Assembly: GCA_963724325.1 (NCBI GenBank)
Contig: CAVRUH010000005.1
Location: forward strand, 256,001-320,000
Length of the DNA stretch: 64,000 bases
Reading direction: 5' to 3'
Origin: Waddliaceae bacterium
GTDB lineage: Bacteria > Chlamydiota > Chlamydiia > Chlamydiales > Waddliaceae
Below the pieces are notes generated by a model. The model was not told the DNA's origin, made no database searches, and saw nothing but the letters and a program-made list of their open reading frames with translations. The position numbers and the translations under genes are program-made. Each line of letters begins with the position of its first letter. Positions within the stretch are counted from its first letter, which is position 1. Positions 37,285-47,786 of the stretch are shown one piece after another.

Positions 37285-39102
37285 ATGATACAGTTTATTG
37301 GTTCATTAACCTTGAATATTAACCGCTTAGAAATAATATTAATGATCGCTATTGCAATTCTGGTGATTTTTTGCTTGCATTTATTAAAAAAGCGTTTCTA
37401 TCTCCATATAATTTCTCTATACCTTGGTTTGCCGCTTCCCAAGTATCGCACTCTTCTTCAACCCAATATTAAAGTCCCCATGCTGGATGGCACGGCCTTA
37501 GCCACAGACATCTATCGCCCAGACGCAAGAGGAAAATTTCCAGTTATTTTAATCAGAACGCCTTACAGCAAACAGGGCACTGTCCATCCCTATAAACAAT
37601 TTGCCGAAATCTTTGCAAGTCAAGGATATGTTGTTGTTGTACAGGATGTAAGAGGCAAATATGAATCAGAAGGAACATTTTTGCCATATTTTAATGAAGC
37701 CCTTGACGGGCATTCAACGATAAACTGGGCAGGAAATTCACATTGGTCGAATGGCAATGTGGCGTTAATGGGTTTGTCATATCTAGGGTCATGTGCATGG
37801 CTTGCTGCACAAATAAGAAATCCCTATCTTAAAACTATTATTCCAATGTTTACAACTCAAGACACCTATTCCATATGGGTAGGATCAGGAATGCCTTTTT
37901 TAAAAGGCCCCCTTTATTGGTTAAGTGTATTTGGTGAAAAAAAAGAAAATGCAGAAGTTACTCATCTCAAAATAGAACCTATTTTATGGCAGTTGCCTGT
38001 CAATGAGCTTGATGTTTTTGCTGTCAATCATCAGATCCCATTTTATCAAGAATACTTAAAACACTTGGTTCCTGATCAATTTTGGGAAATGATTAGCGTC
38101 AATCATCAAGTTGATCAATTTGATATCCCTGCTTTGATTATAGGAGGCTGGTATGATCCATTTATTAAAGGCACTTTTGAGGATTATCAAAGAATGATGC
38201 AGTCTACCTCTTTAAAAAACACATATAGTGAATTATATGTAGGTCCTTGGTCTCATAATCCTGCACAAAAATTTAAAAATATAAGTTTTGGAAATAAAGG
38301 ACATTTTAGCCATCTTCTTATTACTACTTTAAATTGGTGTAATAATTGGCTTAAGCAAAATATCCCTAATATTGATAACAAGGGAAGAATTCAATATTTT
38401 CTAATGGGAAAAAATAAATGGAAAGAAGCCCTGGAATGGCCGCCAAAAAATGTGATCGAAGAAAAGTATTTTTTAACTACAGAAGAAACGAAAAAAGTTT
38501 CACGATACGCCGAGCTATCAAAAACTCTCCCTTCTCAGGAATATAGTCATCAATATATGTATAATCCGCGTGACCCGGTTCTGTTCAGAGGAAGTTATCT
38601 TCTTTATGATGAGGGGTGGATTGTACCTATCCAACAAAATGAAATTATTGCCAGGGAAGATGTTTTAATCTATACTTCTAGTCCAATGCAAGAAGAGCTG
38701 ATGGTTGTTGGATCAGTTAAATTAATCCTATATGTTTCTTCTGATGCTTTGGATACAGATTTTTGTGCTAAACTTTGCGATGTTCATCCAAATGGGAAAT
38801 CAATTAATTTAGCCTCTGGTTTTATCCGTATGCGATATCGTGAATCTCTAAGGGAGCCAAAATTGATGGAAAAAGATAAAATTTATCGCATTGAAATCCC
38901 TTTTAAACCCGTTGCTAATGCATTTTTAAAAAAACACAGGATTCAGTTACAAATCACATCATCAGATTTTCCAGTCCACAACAGAAATTTAAATACAGGA
39001 ATGAGTTGTGAATACTCTATTCACATAAATGAAGCAAAGCAAACTGTCTATTTTGGTGGAATCTACGACTCGCATCTCCTGCTTCCTATCTTGGGAAAAT
39101 AA
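37285..39102 (+). CDS. CocE/NonD family serine hydrolase
   Basis: LATDIYRP, RTPY, QDVRGKYESEG, GLSYLG nucleophile, GGWYD, GPWSH, ITSSDFP. Confidence 0.9.
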   Translation: MIQFIGSLTLNINRLEIILMIAIAILVIFCLHLLKKRFYLHIISLYLGLPLPKYRTLLQPNIKVPMLDGTALATDIYRPDARGKFPVILIRTPYSKQGTVHPYKQFAEIFASQGYVVVVQDVRGKYESEGTFLPYFNEALDGHSTINWAGNSHWSNGNVALMGLSYLGSCAWLAAQIRNPYLKTIIPMFTTQDTYSIWVGSGMPFLKGPLYWLSVFGEKKENAEVTHLKIEPILWQLPVNELDVFAVNHQIPFYQEYLKHLVPDQFWEMISVNHQVDQFDIPALIIGGWYDPFIKGTFEDYQRMMQSTSLKNTYSELYVGPWSHNPAQKFKNISFGNKGHFSHLLITTLNWCNNWLKQNIPNIDNKGRIQYFLMGKNKWKEALEWPPKNVIEEKYFLTTEETKKVSRYAELSKTLPSQEYSHQYMYNPRDPVLFRGSYLLYDEGWIVPIQQNEIIAREDVLIYTSSPMQEELMVVGSVKLILYVSSDALDTDFCAKLCDVHPNGKSINLASGFIRMRYRESLREPKLMEKDKIYRIEIPFKPVANAFLKKHRIQLQITSSDFPVHNRNLNTGMSCEYSIHINEAKQTVYFGGIYDSHLLLPILGK

Positions 39103-39140
39103 TATTGAAGTAAATTCAAAAATATGTTTTTATCCACGGC

Positions 39141-40013
39141 ATGAGAAAAAATATTTTTATAGGTTTGCTGGCAGTAATAATCGGGGTAATCGGTATTGTT
39201 ATTGTATTGGCAAGTGAAAATGCTTTGGTGGTTCATCCTAAAGGGATCATTGCACAGAGCGAATTGGAACTGATTATTACGAATCATCATTCTCATGCTG
39301 ATCATCATCGTTCCAACTTACATCCTTTTATTTGCGGTTGTGTGGAAATATTGCATTAAAAATGAAAATGCAAAATATGATCCAGATCATTCCTTATGGT
39401 CCTGTCGGCGAACTGATAATGTGGGGACTTCCCTCTATTGTAGTCATCGTGATGGCTATAGTCACGTGGGATGCGACGCATAAATTGAATCCCTATAAAC
39501 CTATTGAAAGTGAAGTAAAGCCCCTCGCTGTACAGGTGGTGGCTTTGGATTGGAAATGGTTATTTATTTATCCAGAGCAAGGCATTGCAACATTGAACTA
39601 TTTCCATATTCCAGAACAGACTCCGATTCATTTAAGGTTAACGGCAGATGGCTCGCCGATGAATTCGTTTTGGATTCCGCAATTGAGCGGACAAATATAT
39701 TCCATGACAGGAATGACAACTCAACTTTATCTGATGGCCGATGGCCCTGGGGAATATATGGGAAGAGCTGTTGAAATCAATGGAGAAGGATATGCAGATA
39801 TGACATTTCCAGTAAAATCGATCTTCTCAAAAGGATTTTGAGGCTTGGGTTGCACAGGTCAAAAAATCATCCCTTCATTTAACAGAAGATGCTTATAACG
39901 AACTTGTCAAGCCTTCTGTGAACAAATCCATTATCCTCTTTTCCGAAGTGGAAAAAGATCTATATCATAAAATAATTCATAAATATATGTATCCAACCAA
40001 GCCGGTATTATGA
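39141..40013 (+). pseudogene. cyoA: Cytochrome bo3 ubiquinol oxidase subunit II (frameshifted in this sequence)
   Basis: HPKGIIA, VALDWKWLFIYPEQGIATLN, MNSFWIPQLSGQIYSM in fragments joined by three apparent single-base insertions. Confidence 0.85.
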
Positions 40014-41997
40014 AAGAATTCTTTTTTGGAAAATTGACTTTAGATGCTGTTCCCCACGTCTGGTACACGATAGGAGGGACCATTTTTATTATACTCATGA
40101 TCATATGCGATTGCAGTATATCTCACTAAAACCAAGCGCTGGGGTTGGCTTTGGCATGAATGGCTTACCTCTACCGATCCCAAAAAAATCGGAACCATGT
40201 ACATGATCTTTGCATCTATGATGTTCTTTCGCGGAATGTTAGATGCGGGAATGGTATGGCTTCAGCAGTCAATTGCTGCCGATTCACAAGGATATCTTAC
40301 CGCAGACCATTTTCAACAGATTTTTACTTCGCATGGCGACATCATGGTTTTTTTCGTGACGATGGGTTTTTTCTTCGGACTCATGAACTGGATTGTGCCG
40401 CTTCAAATTGGCGCTCGCGATCTGGCTTTTCCTTTCTTGAATTCCTTAGGATTATGGCTCACTGTTGCAGGAGGGATGCTCATTAATTTCTTTTTTATCA
40501 TTGGAGGAGATTTTGCCAATACAGGCTGGCTTGCTATTGCTCCTTTTTCTGAGCTTGAATTTAACCCCAGCGTTGGAGTTGATTATCTTATTTGGAGCTT
40601 GCAGCTCTCAGGGCTTGGCAGTCTGCTTGCTGGCATTAACTTTCTTGTCACAATCATAAAAAAACGGGCTCCGGGAATGACTTTGATGAAAATGCCCCTA
40701 TTCACCTGGAATTCCTTATGCGCCATGGTTCTGATTATTTCTGCATTTCCTGTGCTCACTGCAACGACATTGCTTCTTTGGCTTGACCGTGCTTTTGGAA
40801 TGCATTTCTTTACGACAGGATATGCCGGCAATCAAATGATGTACTGGAATCTCATCTGGATGTGGGGTCATCCAGAGGTCTATATTTTGGTTATACCGGC
40901 ATTTGGCATGTTTTCAGAAATTGTCTCCACATTTTCGCAAAAAAAAATTTCTGGATATGTATCCATGGTATGGGCAGCAATTACTATCACCGCTCTTTCT
41001 TATTTGGTCTGGCTGCACCACTTTTTTGTCATGGGTGCAGGTCCGGACGTGAACTCTTTTTTTGGCATTGTGACCATGCTGATTGCGATACCTGCGGGTG
41101 TTCAAGTATTTAACTGGATTCTCACGATGTATAAGGGAAAGATAAATTTAGCCTCCCCCATGTATTGGTTTATCGGCTTTTTAATCATATTCATGATAGG
41201 AGGCATGGCAGGAATATTTATGGCATCTCCTCCCGCCGATTTTCAGGTGCATAATAGTTTATTCTTGGTTGCCCATTTCCATACGATGATCGTCGGTGTG
41301 GCCCTTTTTGGAATTTTTGCCGGCATCACTTTTTGGTTTCCCAAGATTTTCGGATTTAAACTCAATGAACGACTAGACAAACGGGCATTTTGGTTTTGGT
41401 TTATCGGATTTTTTGTTGCTTTTATCCCACTCTATCTGTTGGGATTCATGGGAGCGCCGCGGCGTATTGATCACTATGATTCCTCAACAGGTTGGCAGCC
41501 ATTATATATCACCGCAGCGATTGGATATATTTTCATTTCATGTGGAATCATCACTCAAATTTATCTGGTCATCGAAAGCATCAAGCAAAGAAAACAAAAT
41601 TTGGACACTACCGGAGATCCTTGGAATGGCAGGACCCTTGAATGGGCAACCCATTCTCCACCTCCTTTCTATAATTTTGCTGTAGTTCCTCACCATTACG
41701 AGCCATGAAGTCTTTTGGGACATGAAAAAACAGGCTGGCAGCCAGAAAAAAAATATCACGATATCGAATGTTTTAAAAATACAGGCATGGGAATTTATAT
41801 ATCTTGTTTTGCTTTCTTAGCAGGGTTTGCGATTGTCTGGCAAATTATTTGGCTCGTCATTGTCGGGCTTGTTGGCGTCATCGCTTGCATCATCACTCTT
41901 TCCTTTGATGATGAGATGGAATATGTGCTTGCCTGCTGCAGAAGTTGCCAAGATTGAACAATCTTATATTAGAAGTGAGCTACATATGAAGAAGTAA
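40010..41997 (+). pseudogene. cyoB: Cytochrome bo3 ubiquinol oxidase subunit I (frameshifted near both ends)
   Basis: FFGKLTLDA start, [35 protein letters not shown]; core 40197..41708 intact. Confidence 0.9.
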
Positions 41998-42001
41998 AGT
42001 A

Positions 42002-42582
42002 ATGGAAATAAATGAAGAAAGGAAATAAGCGATACAAAAGTTTTTGGATTTTGGGTCTATTTGATGACCGACCTCGTGATTTTTGCAGTGCTTTTTGCCT
42101 GCTTCATTGTTTTGCACGGAAATACTTTTAATGGCCCTACTGCCAAAGAGCTGTTTCATTTACCATCTGTGCTTGCCGAAACACTCATCCTGCTCACTAG
42201 CAGTTTTACTTGTTCCCTTGGCATGCTTGCAGTTCATCGTCAAATAAAAAATTGGGCTATTATCTGGTTCATCGTCACATTTCTTTTAGGAGCCTCATTT
42301 CTCTACATCGAAATTTCAGAATTTGCCGATTTTGTAGAGAGAGGGGCCAGTTGGCAACGCAGCGCCTTTCTCTCCTCATTTTTCACATTAGTGGGCACGC
42401 ATGGATTCCATATCTCCGTAGGATTATTGTGGATGGTCGTGATGATGTTTCGCATCGCCTTACGCCCGCTTGCGGAACATAGTATCTCCAGGATTTTTCG
42501 CATGGCACTTTTTTGGCACTTTCTGGACTTCGTCTGGATTTTTATTTTTACTGTTGTCTATGGAATTGGATATTTACTATAG
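42002..42582 (+). pseudogene. cyoC: Cytochrome bo3 oxidase subunit III (5' frameshift)
   Basis: FGFWVYLMTD, SAFLSSFFTLVGTHG, FWHFLDFVWI. Confidence 0.88.
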
Positions 42583-42589
42583 GATTATT

Positions 42590-42892
42590 ATGCATCATGA
42601 ATTATCTTTACGTATTACAGGATTTATTGCATCTTTGATATTAACCCTTACAGCCTACTTTATTATTCTAAATCCAGAATTTTTTAACTTAGATATTAAA
42701 ACGGCTATCATCGTCATTTTTATTCTTGCTCTCATTCAGTCCCTTGTTCAGCTCATCTTTTTCATCAATGTCTGGAAAGAAGAAGGTCCTCTTTGGAATT
42801 TAGGTATTTTTATTTCCACCGTTTCCATCATTTTCATCATTATCTTCTTCTCGATCTGGATCATGGATCATCTGAATTACAATATGCGATGA
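42590..42892 (+). CDS. cyoD: Cytochrome bo3 oxidase subunit IV
   Basis: GFIASLILT, ALIQSLVQLIFF, SIWIMDHLNYNM; last gene of the operon. Confidence 0.85.
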   Translation: MHHELSLRITGFIASLILTLTAYFIILNPEFFNLDIKTAIIVIFILALIQSLVQLIFFINVWKEEGPLWNLGIFISTVSIIFIIIFFSIWIMDHLNYNMR

Positions 42893-42933
42893 TCAAACTT
42901 TATGGAAGAATATTTTAAATTCAATAAGGCTCT

Positions 42934-44091
42934 ATGTCAAAACCATTGAAGTTTGTGGTCCTTTTCGGGATAGCCAGCCTTTTTGCAGACGTTACCTATG
43001 AGGGAGCCAGAAGCATTACTGGACCCTACTTGTCAATCCTCGGAGGAAACGCTACCGTCGTAGGTTTCGTTGCTGGATTTGGAGAGATGATCGGCTATGG
43101 ATTCCGACTAATCTCCGGTTATTTTACCGATCGTACCCAAAAGTATTGGTTTTTTGCATTTTTCGGCTATGTCATGGCTCTCCTTTCCATCCCTCTACTT
43201 GCCCTAACGGGAAGTTGGCAAATGGCGGCAGCTCTCATTATTATTGAACGATTTGGAAAAGCAATTCGCACGCCCTCAAAAGATGCCATGCTCTCCTACG
43301 CCACGAAAGATATGGGCAGAGGCTTCGGATTCGGTCTGCATAATTTCATGGATCAACTCGGGGCCATTGCTGGTCCACTTATTGTCTCTGCCATTTTGTT
43401 CTACCAAGGGACTTATCAAATCGCCTTTGCAGCTCTTCTTATCCCAGCCATATGTGCACTAAGCATGCTAACTTTTGCCAGAATGCAATTTCCCGCTCCT
43501 CAAAATATGGAAATTAAAATCCCAAGCTTGCAACCACAAGGTCTAACATATGTGTATTGGATGGGAATAACTGCCAGTTCGCTTGTAGCAGCCGGATTTA
43601 TCGATTTCGCCCTTATCGCCTATCACTTCCAAAAGGGAAATAGTATATCAGTTGTTTGGATTCCTATATTTTACTCTGTTGCAATGGGTTCAAATGGCTT
43701 TGCATCTCTCATCCTCGGACGCCTTTATGATTATAAAGGGATTATTGTTTTGATCATTTCCACAATTTTGTCGACCCTTTTTGTTCCACTTGTTTTTATA
43801 GATGGATTTTATCCCGCTCTCATTGGAATGCTCCTGTGGGGTATAGGTTCAGGAGCCCAAAGTACAATCATGCGTGCTGTTGTGGCAAGTATAATTGCTC
43901 CTGAAAAGCGTGCAATAGCCTACGGAATTTTCAATATTTGCTTTGGAATCTCCTGGTTTTTAGGTAGCTTCCTCATGGGATTCCTCTATGAAATCTCACT
44001 AACCTATCTCATGATCTTCTCAATCTTAATACAATTGTCCTCGATTCCCTTATTTGTTGCTATACTGGTAAAATCCAAAGCAATTCGATAA
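42934..44091 (+). CDS. MFS transporter
   Basis: 12-TM pattern, DVTYEGARS, ERFGKAIRTP. Confidence 0.88.
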   Translation: MSKPLKFVVLFGIASLFADVTYEGARSITGPYLSILGGNATVVGFVAGFGEMIGYGFRLISGYFTDRTQKYWFFAFFGYVMALLSIPLLALTGSWQMAAALIIIERFGKAIRTPSKDAMLSYATKDMGRGFGFGLHNFMDQLGAIAGPLIVSAILFYQGTYQIAFAALLIPAICALSMLTFARMQFPAPQNMEIKIPSLQPQGLTYVYWMGITASSLVAAGFIDFALIAYHFQKGNSISVVWIPIFYSVAMGSNGFASLILGRLYDYKGIIVLIISTILSTLFVPLVFIDGFYPALIGMLLWGIGSGAQSTIMRAVVASIIAPEKRAIAYGIFNICFGISWFLGSFLMGFLYEISLTYLMIFSILIQLSSIPLFVAILVKSKAIR

Positions 44092-44122
44092 ATAATATCA
44101 TTTAGCAAAGAAAGAATCTATG

Positions 44123-44671
44123 CTATGGTTGATAATTTTCTTTAAAGAATTTCGTTAGTTTTTCTAAAGAATTATTGTCCTGGAATGATTTCTTTGAAAT
44201 GGAATAACGGCATACTTCAGTATCTCCAAGTGTCGCCGTATAAAGCCCAGCTCTTGTTGCTTCATTTGTTTTGAAGTTCAATAATTCGCCCGTAAAAATG
44301 CCTTTCTCATAAAGAACCCAGGCTATCCTTGCAACTTCATTAAAATCACGATAATCTGTTATGAAAGCAAGAACAACTTTAATATCTTTGCTTTTGGCAT
44401 TACGGTTCGGTCGGGAAGTGCAAGTGCTTGAACGGGGACCAAGCTTTCCTTGAATTGTTAATTCATAAACTTTTTTCCATGTGGAATCAAGATCATCTGC
44501 TTTTACAAATATCATCCATTTTCCTGCATAATCTGGATCTAACTTATTACATTCTGGATTTTGTGCAAAATGCCAAAAATTAATAAAATCATGTGATGGT
44601 CGCCTCACGAAGGTTTCAGCAAGCGGATTTAACGCTATGCGCCGGGGGGCAGAATTAACTATATGATTCAT
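44123..44671 (-). CDS. DUF1917 / Bles03-like (eIF4E-like fold) protein with N-terminal PAM2-like motif
   Basis: GKWMIFV...WKKV...GKLG...VLAFITDYRD...FKTNEAT..GLY; N-terminal ALNPLAETFV. Confidence 0.6.
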   Translation of the reverse strand: MNHIVNSAPRRIALNPLAETFVRRPSHDFINFWHFAQNPECNKLDPDYAGKWMIFVKADDLDSTWKKVYELTIQGKLGPRSSTCTSRPNRNAKSKDIKVVLAFITDYRDFNEVARIAWVLYEKGIFTGELLNFKTNEATRAGLYTATLGDTEVCRYSISKKSFQDNNSLEKLTKFFKENYQP

Positions 44672-44729
44672 GATAAACTCCTTGTTAAATTAGAATAATA
44701 CAAAAGTATAACATGGTTTCTTATCATTG

Positions 44730-46151
44730 TCAACAGGGGATTAATAACTTTATTGCACTGAAGTAGGTTTGTCGATTTTGAATATTTTGAATGACACCTG
44801 GTTTATTAAAAAGCGCTAGCACATTCAGGAGCCTCTCAATAACTGATAAGTGGGGCGGGCGATTGTAATATAACATTGCCGGAGCAAAGACCATCGTTTC
44901 AGTATATTTTGCATATTCTGGATTATTTTCCTGCCCGCTTTTGATTTGCAGGTAATAAAATAATGTCGTCATGATCACCATTCCTCGGTCAATATGACAG
45001 CGGCATGCAGTTGTGCAGGCTGTAGTCTTGAGTTTTTCACAAAAATACTCAATAAGATGAATCACAGCGATTAGAACAAAAGGTTCAAATTCAGTCTTGT
45101 GGAAAAATTCATCACCGTGAAAAAAATCAATATGCACCCCCTGGATAATCTTTCGAAGATCATTCTCAAAATTCTGTAACATATTCAACTTCGTCGGAAG
45201 GCGAAAAATTTTCTTCTCATTACACAAAAAGTGCTCAATAAAATCATTAATAAAATCATCACAACATCTTGATTCTTTAGAATGCCAGTGCAAATCAGAG
45301 TAAAAATCAAATGCCCATGAGAAGAGAGTATCCGGATTGAACTCTTGCAGCTCATGTCTCAATTCAGACAAATGCTTCTCATCCTCCCATTCACTTAAAC
45401 TCATCAAACTTAAATCTAAGTGCTGTTCATTTCGCATATGCATCAAATCAAGATGCTGCCGAAAAATCTTCGAAATATCTATTTTATTCTCAAGCTCAAC
45501 TAGGTTTTTGGAGCGTAAAAAGGTGAGCATTTTTCCATTTGCAAATTCGACTTTAAAGGTGATATTAGGGAGATTATAACAAATTTTCTCAACTGGTTTA
45601 ACCTTTTTTTGGAACATTAATATCTGATTTAGCCGCTCAATAATGCAATTCATCATATTTGATCGCAAGCAAATTGGAATATCGCTCTTAAATGTTGCTA
45701 AAGTCCTTTTTTGTGTAGAGAGGATTTCGATAAGTCGATCGTGAACTGGTCTAGCATTGACGCTTGTAAACGAATGATAGGCAATTTGCTCGATATGTGT
45801 CTTTAAGTTGCGCCTATTATTTTTGGGAAGAAGATCAATCAGTAGATTAAGTCGATAAAAAAAACGTTTGGTGTCTTGGATAACATCTTTTCTATTTGGT
45901 AAAAATAATTTGGCAATTTTTTGAATGGTTCGTTGTAACAGACCTCGAAACTTTGTATTTGATATAAACTCAATTGATTCAGGTATTGCCTGCTTGATTT
46001 GACTGAAGAAGTTCGTTGCGTTTGTCACTTTAAGCAGATTAAATTCTTCGGCGAGATCGATAACTTTTATGGCTTTATCTTTTCTTTCATTTCGGAACTC
46101 AGGTTCACGCTCTCTTTTTCTATTTCCCCCATGTGAACCAGATATTAACAT
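44730..46151 (-). CDS. Hypothetical effector with CX5R (phosphoinositide-phosphatase-like) motif
   Basis: TACRCHIDRG near C-terminus; ATG 46151 with RBS AAGGAGG. Confidence 0.5.
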   Translation of the reverse strand: MLISGSHGGNRKREREPEFRNERKDKAIKVIDLAEEFNLLKVTNATNFFSQIKQAIPESIEFISNTKFRGLLQRTIQKIAKLFLPNRKDVIQDTKRFFYRLNLLIDLLPKNNRRNLKTHIEQIAYHSFTSVNARPVHDRLIEILSTQKRTLATFKSDIPICLRSNMMNCIIERLNQILMFQKKVKPVEKICYNLPNITFKVEFANGKMLTFLRSKNLVELENKIDISKIFRQHLDLMHMRNEQHLDLSLMSLSEWEDEKHLSELRHELQEFNPDTLFSWAFDFYSDLHWHSKESRCCDDFINDFIEHFLCNEKKIFRLPTKLNMLQNFENDLRKIIQGVHIDFFHGDEFFHKTEFEPFVLIAVIHLIEYFCEKLKTTACTTACRCHIDRGMVIMTTLFYYLQIKSGQENNPEYAKYTETMVFAPAMLYYNRPPHLSVIERLLNVLALFNKPGVIQNIQNRQTYFSAIKLLIPC

Positions 46152-46274
46152 GCATCCTCCTTGAAATTTAAACGAACAGTAGTCAATCGTTCGTTTTTTT
46201 TCAAGAAGTGCTTGCAAAATTTTTTTTTAATGAAAGTGAAAAAAAGGTCAGGGAATGGCCGCGACCATTATTTT

Positions 46275-46598
46275 CTATACGCCTTGGTTTTCGAGTTTTA
46301 AATTCCAAAGAGTATTAACATTTTTTGCCAAACGTTCGATTGCCGTTTGCGACTTCAAAAAGACTAGGGCCGTAGTTATCATGACGATTCCTACTATAAA
46401 AAGTGGTAAACCGACAGGAGGTAAGCCAAAACATAATGCGATAATTCCACCTATTGCAAATATTACCCCGAGGGCGACATCTATCCATGGCTTATCTTCT
46501 AAAGCATCTATACTTTTATTGTATTTATCGAGGTCCCCTTGAGTAGCGATATTCTTGCGTTGCACTTCGGACACTATAAAATTAATTAATGATAACAT
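46275..46598 (-). CDS. Small protein with bilobed hydrophobic segment (Inc-like)
   Basis: WIDVALGVIFAIGGIIALCFGLPPVGLPLFIVGIVMITTALVFL hairpin; RBS AGGAG. Confidence 0.55.
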   Translation of the reverse strand: MLSLINFIVSEVQRKNIATQGDLDKYNKSIDALEDKPWIDVALGVIFAIGGIIALCFGLPPVGLPLFIVGIVMITTALVFLKSQTAIERLAKNVNTLWNLKLENQGV

Positions 46599-46793
46599 AA
46601 AAATTCTCCTTAATTTTAATAATAAATAAACAATATAACAAAAAATTCAATATAATATCAATAAAAATCTAATAGATGTTAGCTCTAAATGACAATATAG
46701 GGCACTCTTTCATTCCCAAAGCCTCCAAGTAAGAATTTGTCTTGCCGAAATTGCTGCAAAGGCAGTACATTTTGTAAGAAAAAAGGAGAACTT

Positions 46794-47753
46794 ATGTTAA
46801 AAATACCCCGTGCTTTTTCTTACGAAATCCCTATGATACGCTTTTTCGAAGAACAAGCAATAGATAGGCTTATCAAAGAAATATTTTTAGGAAAAATTAA
46901 GGCCAAGGTAGATCTCAGATCTTTCGGCAATGCATCAATGAATAGCCATCAAATACTCAGATTAGATGATTCTAGCGTAAAAGTGACCCCTCTCTTTTTA
47001 GCCGTTGCAATGGACATGCCAGATACAGTAAAAGCCTTAGTTCAATGTGGAGCAGATTGTAACATCCGTAATGTTAAAACCTCTAATGGTCTTGACTCAT
47101 CATCTGATATTGATCTTGATAATCCCTTAACTTATTCTATACGCAAGGGATTCTATAATTGCTTTGATGCTATGGTGCATGATAGTGATCAATATTTTCG
47201 TACAGAGTATGAGCAGACACCATTAATTTTAGCTGCATCTATGGATCGGGACAAAATGGTAAAAAAATTGATCACAAGAATTCCAATAGATATCAATGCA
47301 TCCGATTCTGCAGGAGCGACAGCTCTTGTTTATGCAGTTGGCCTTAGTAATATAAAAGCGACACAATTGTTATTGGAAAATGGAGCCGATCCTAAATGGT
47401 ACAGTTCGAGTAGAAAAAACTTATGGCACATCTTAGTAGATAGCCCAAATCCACTTTCAATGTTTGATTATTTGACCCCGCATATCAAAGACCTTATCGA
47501 TGTTCAAGATGAGCTTGGTTTGAGTCCTCTTTTTACTGCAGTACTAAAAGGCGATATCCCTGCTATCCGAGCTTTAAAGATTTCAGGAGCAAATATGGAA
47601 CGGACTACGAGGAACCTAGCTGGTTCTATTCTAAAGAAATATTCTTTGGAATATGGAAAAGAGATAGGTCTTAAGGAGTTTGCCAATACCGTTCAGAGAC
47701 AGGATTTAGATAAAGATTGTGTAATAAGTGCTTTGGGGACTAGAAAAGACTGA
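46794..47753 (+). CDS. Ankyrin repeat protein
   Basis: TPLFLAV, TPLILAA, GATALVYAV...LLLENGADP, GLSPLFTAV repeats. Confidence 0.88.
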   Translation: MLKIPRAFSYEIPMIRFFEEQAIDRLIKEIFLGKIKAKVDLRSFGNASMNSHQILRLDDSSVKVTPLFLAVAMDMPDTVKALVQCGADCNIRNVKTSNGLDSSSDIDLDNPLTYSIRKGFYNCFDAMVHDSDQYFRTEYEQTPLILAASMDRDKMVKKLITRIPIDINASDSAGATALVYAVGLSNIKATQLLLENGADPKWYSSSRKNLWHILVDSPNPLSMFDYLTPHIKDLIDVQDELGLSPLFTAVLKGDIPAIRALKISGANMERTTRNLAGSILKKYSLEYGKEIGLKEFANTVQRQDLDKDCVISALGTRKD

Positions 47754-47786
47754 AAAGGACCGGCTTCTGATGACCGGTCCCTTTTA

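Noticed and set aside
39141..42582. Programmed frameshifting or recoding in the cyo operon
   Set aside because: Indels are numerous, lack consistent slippery motifs and recur in unrelated genes, which fits sequencing error or decay.
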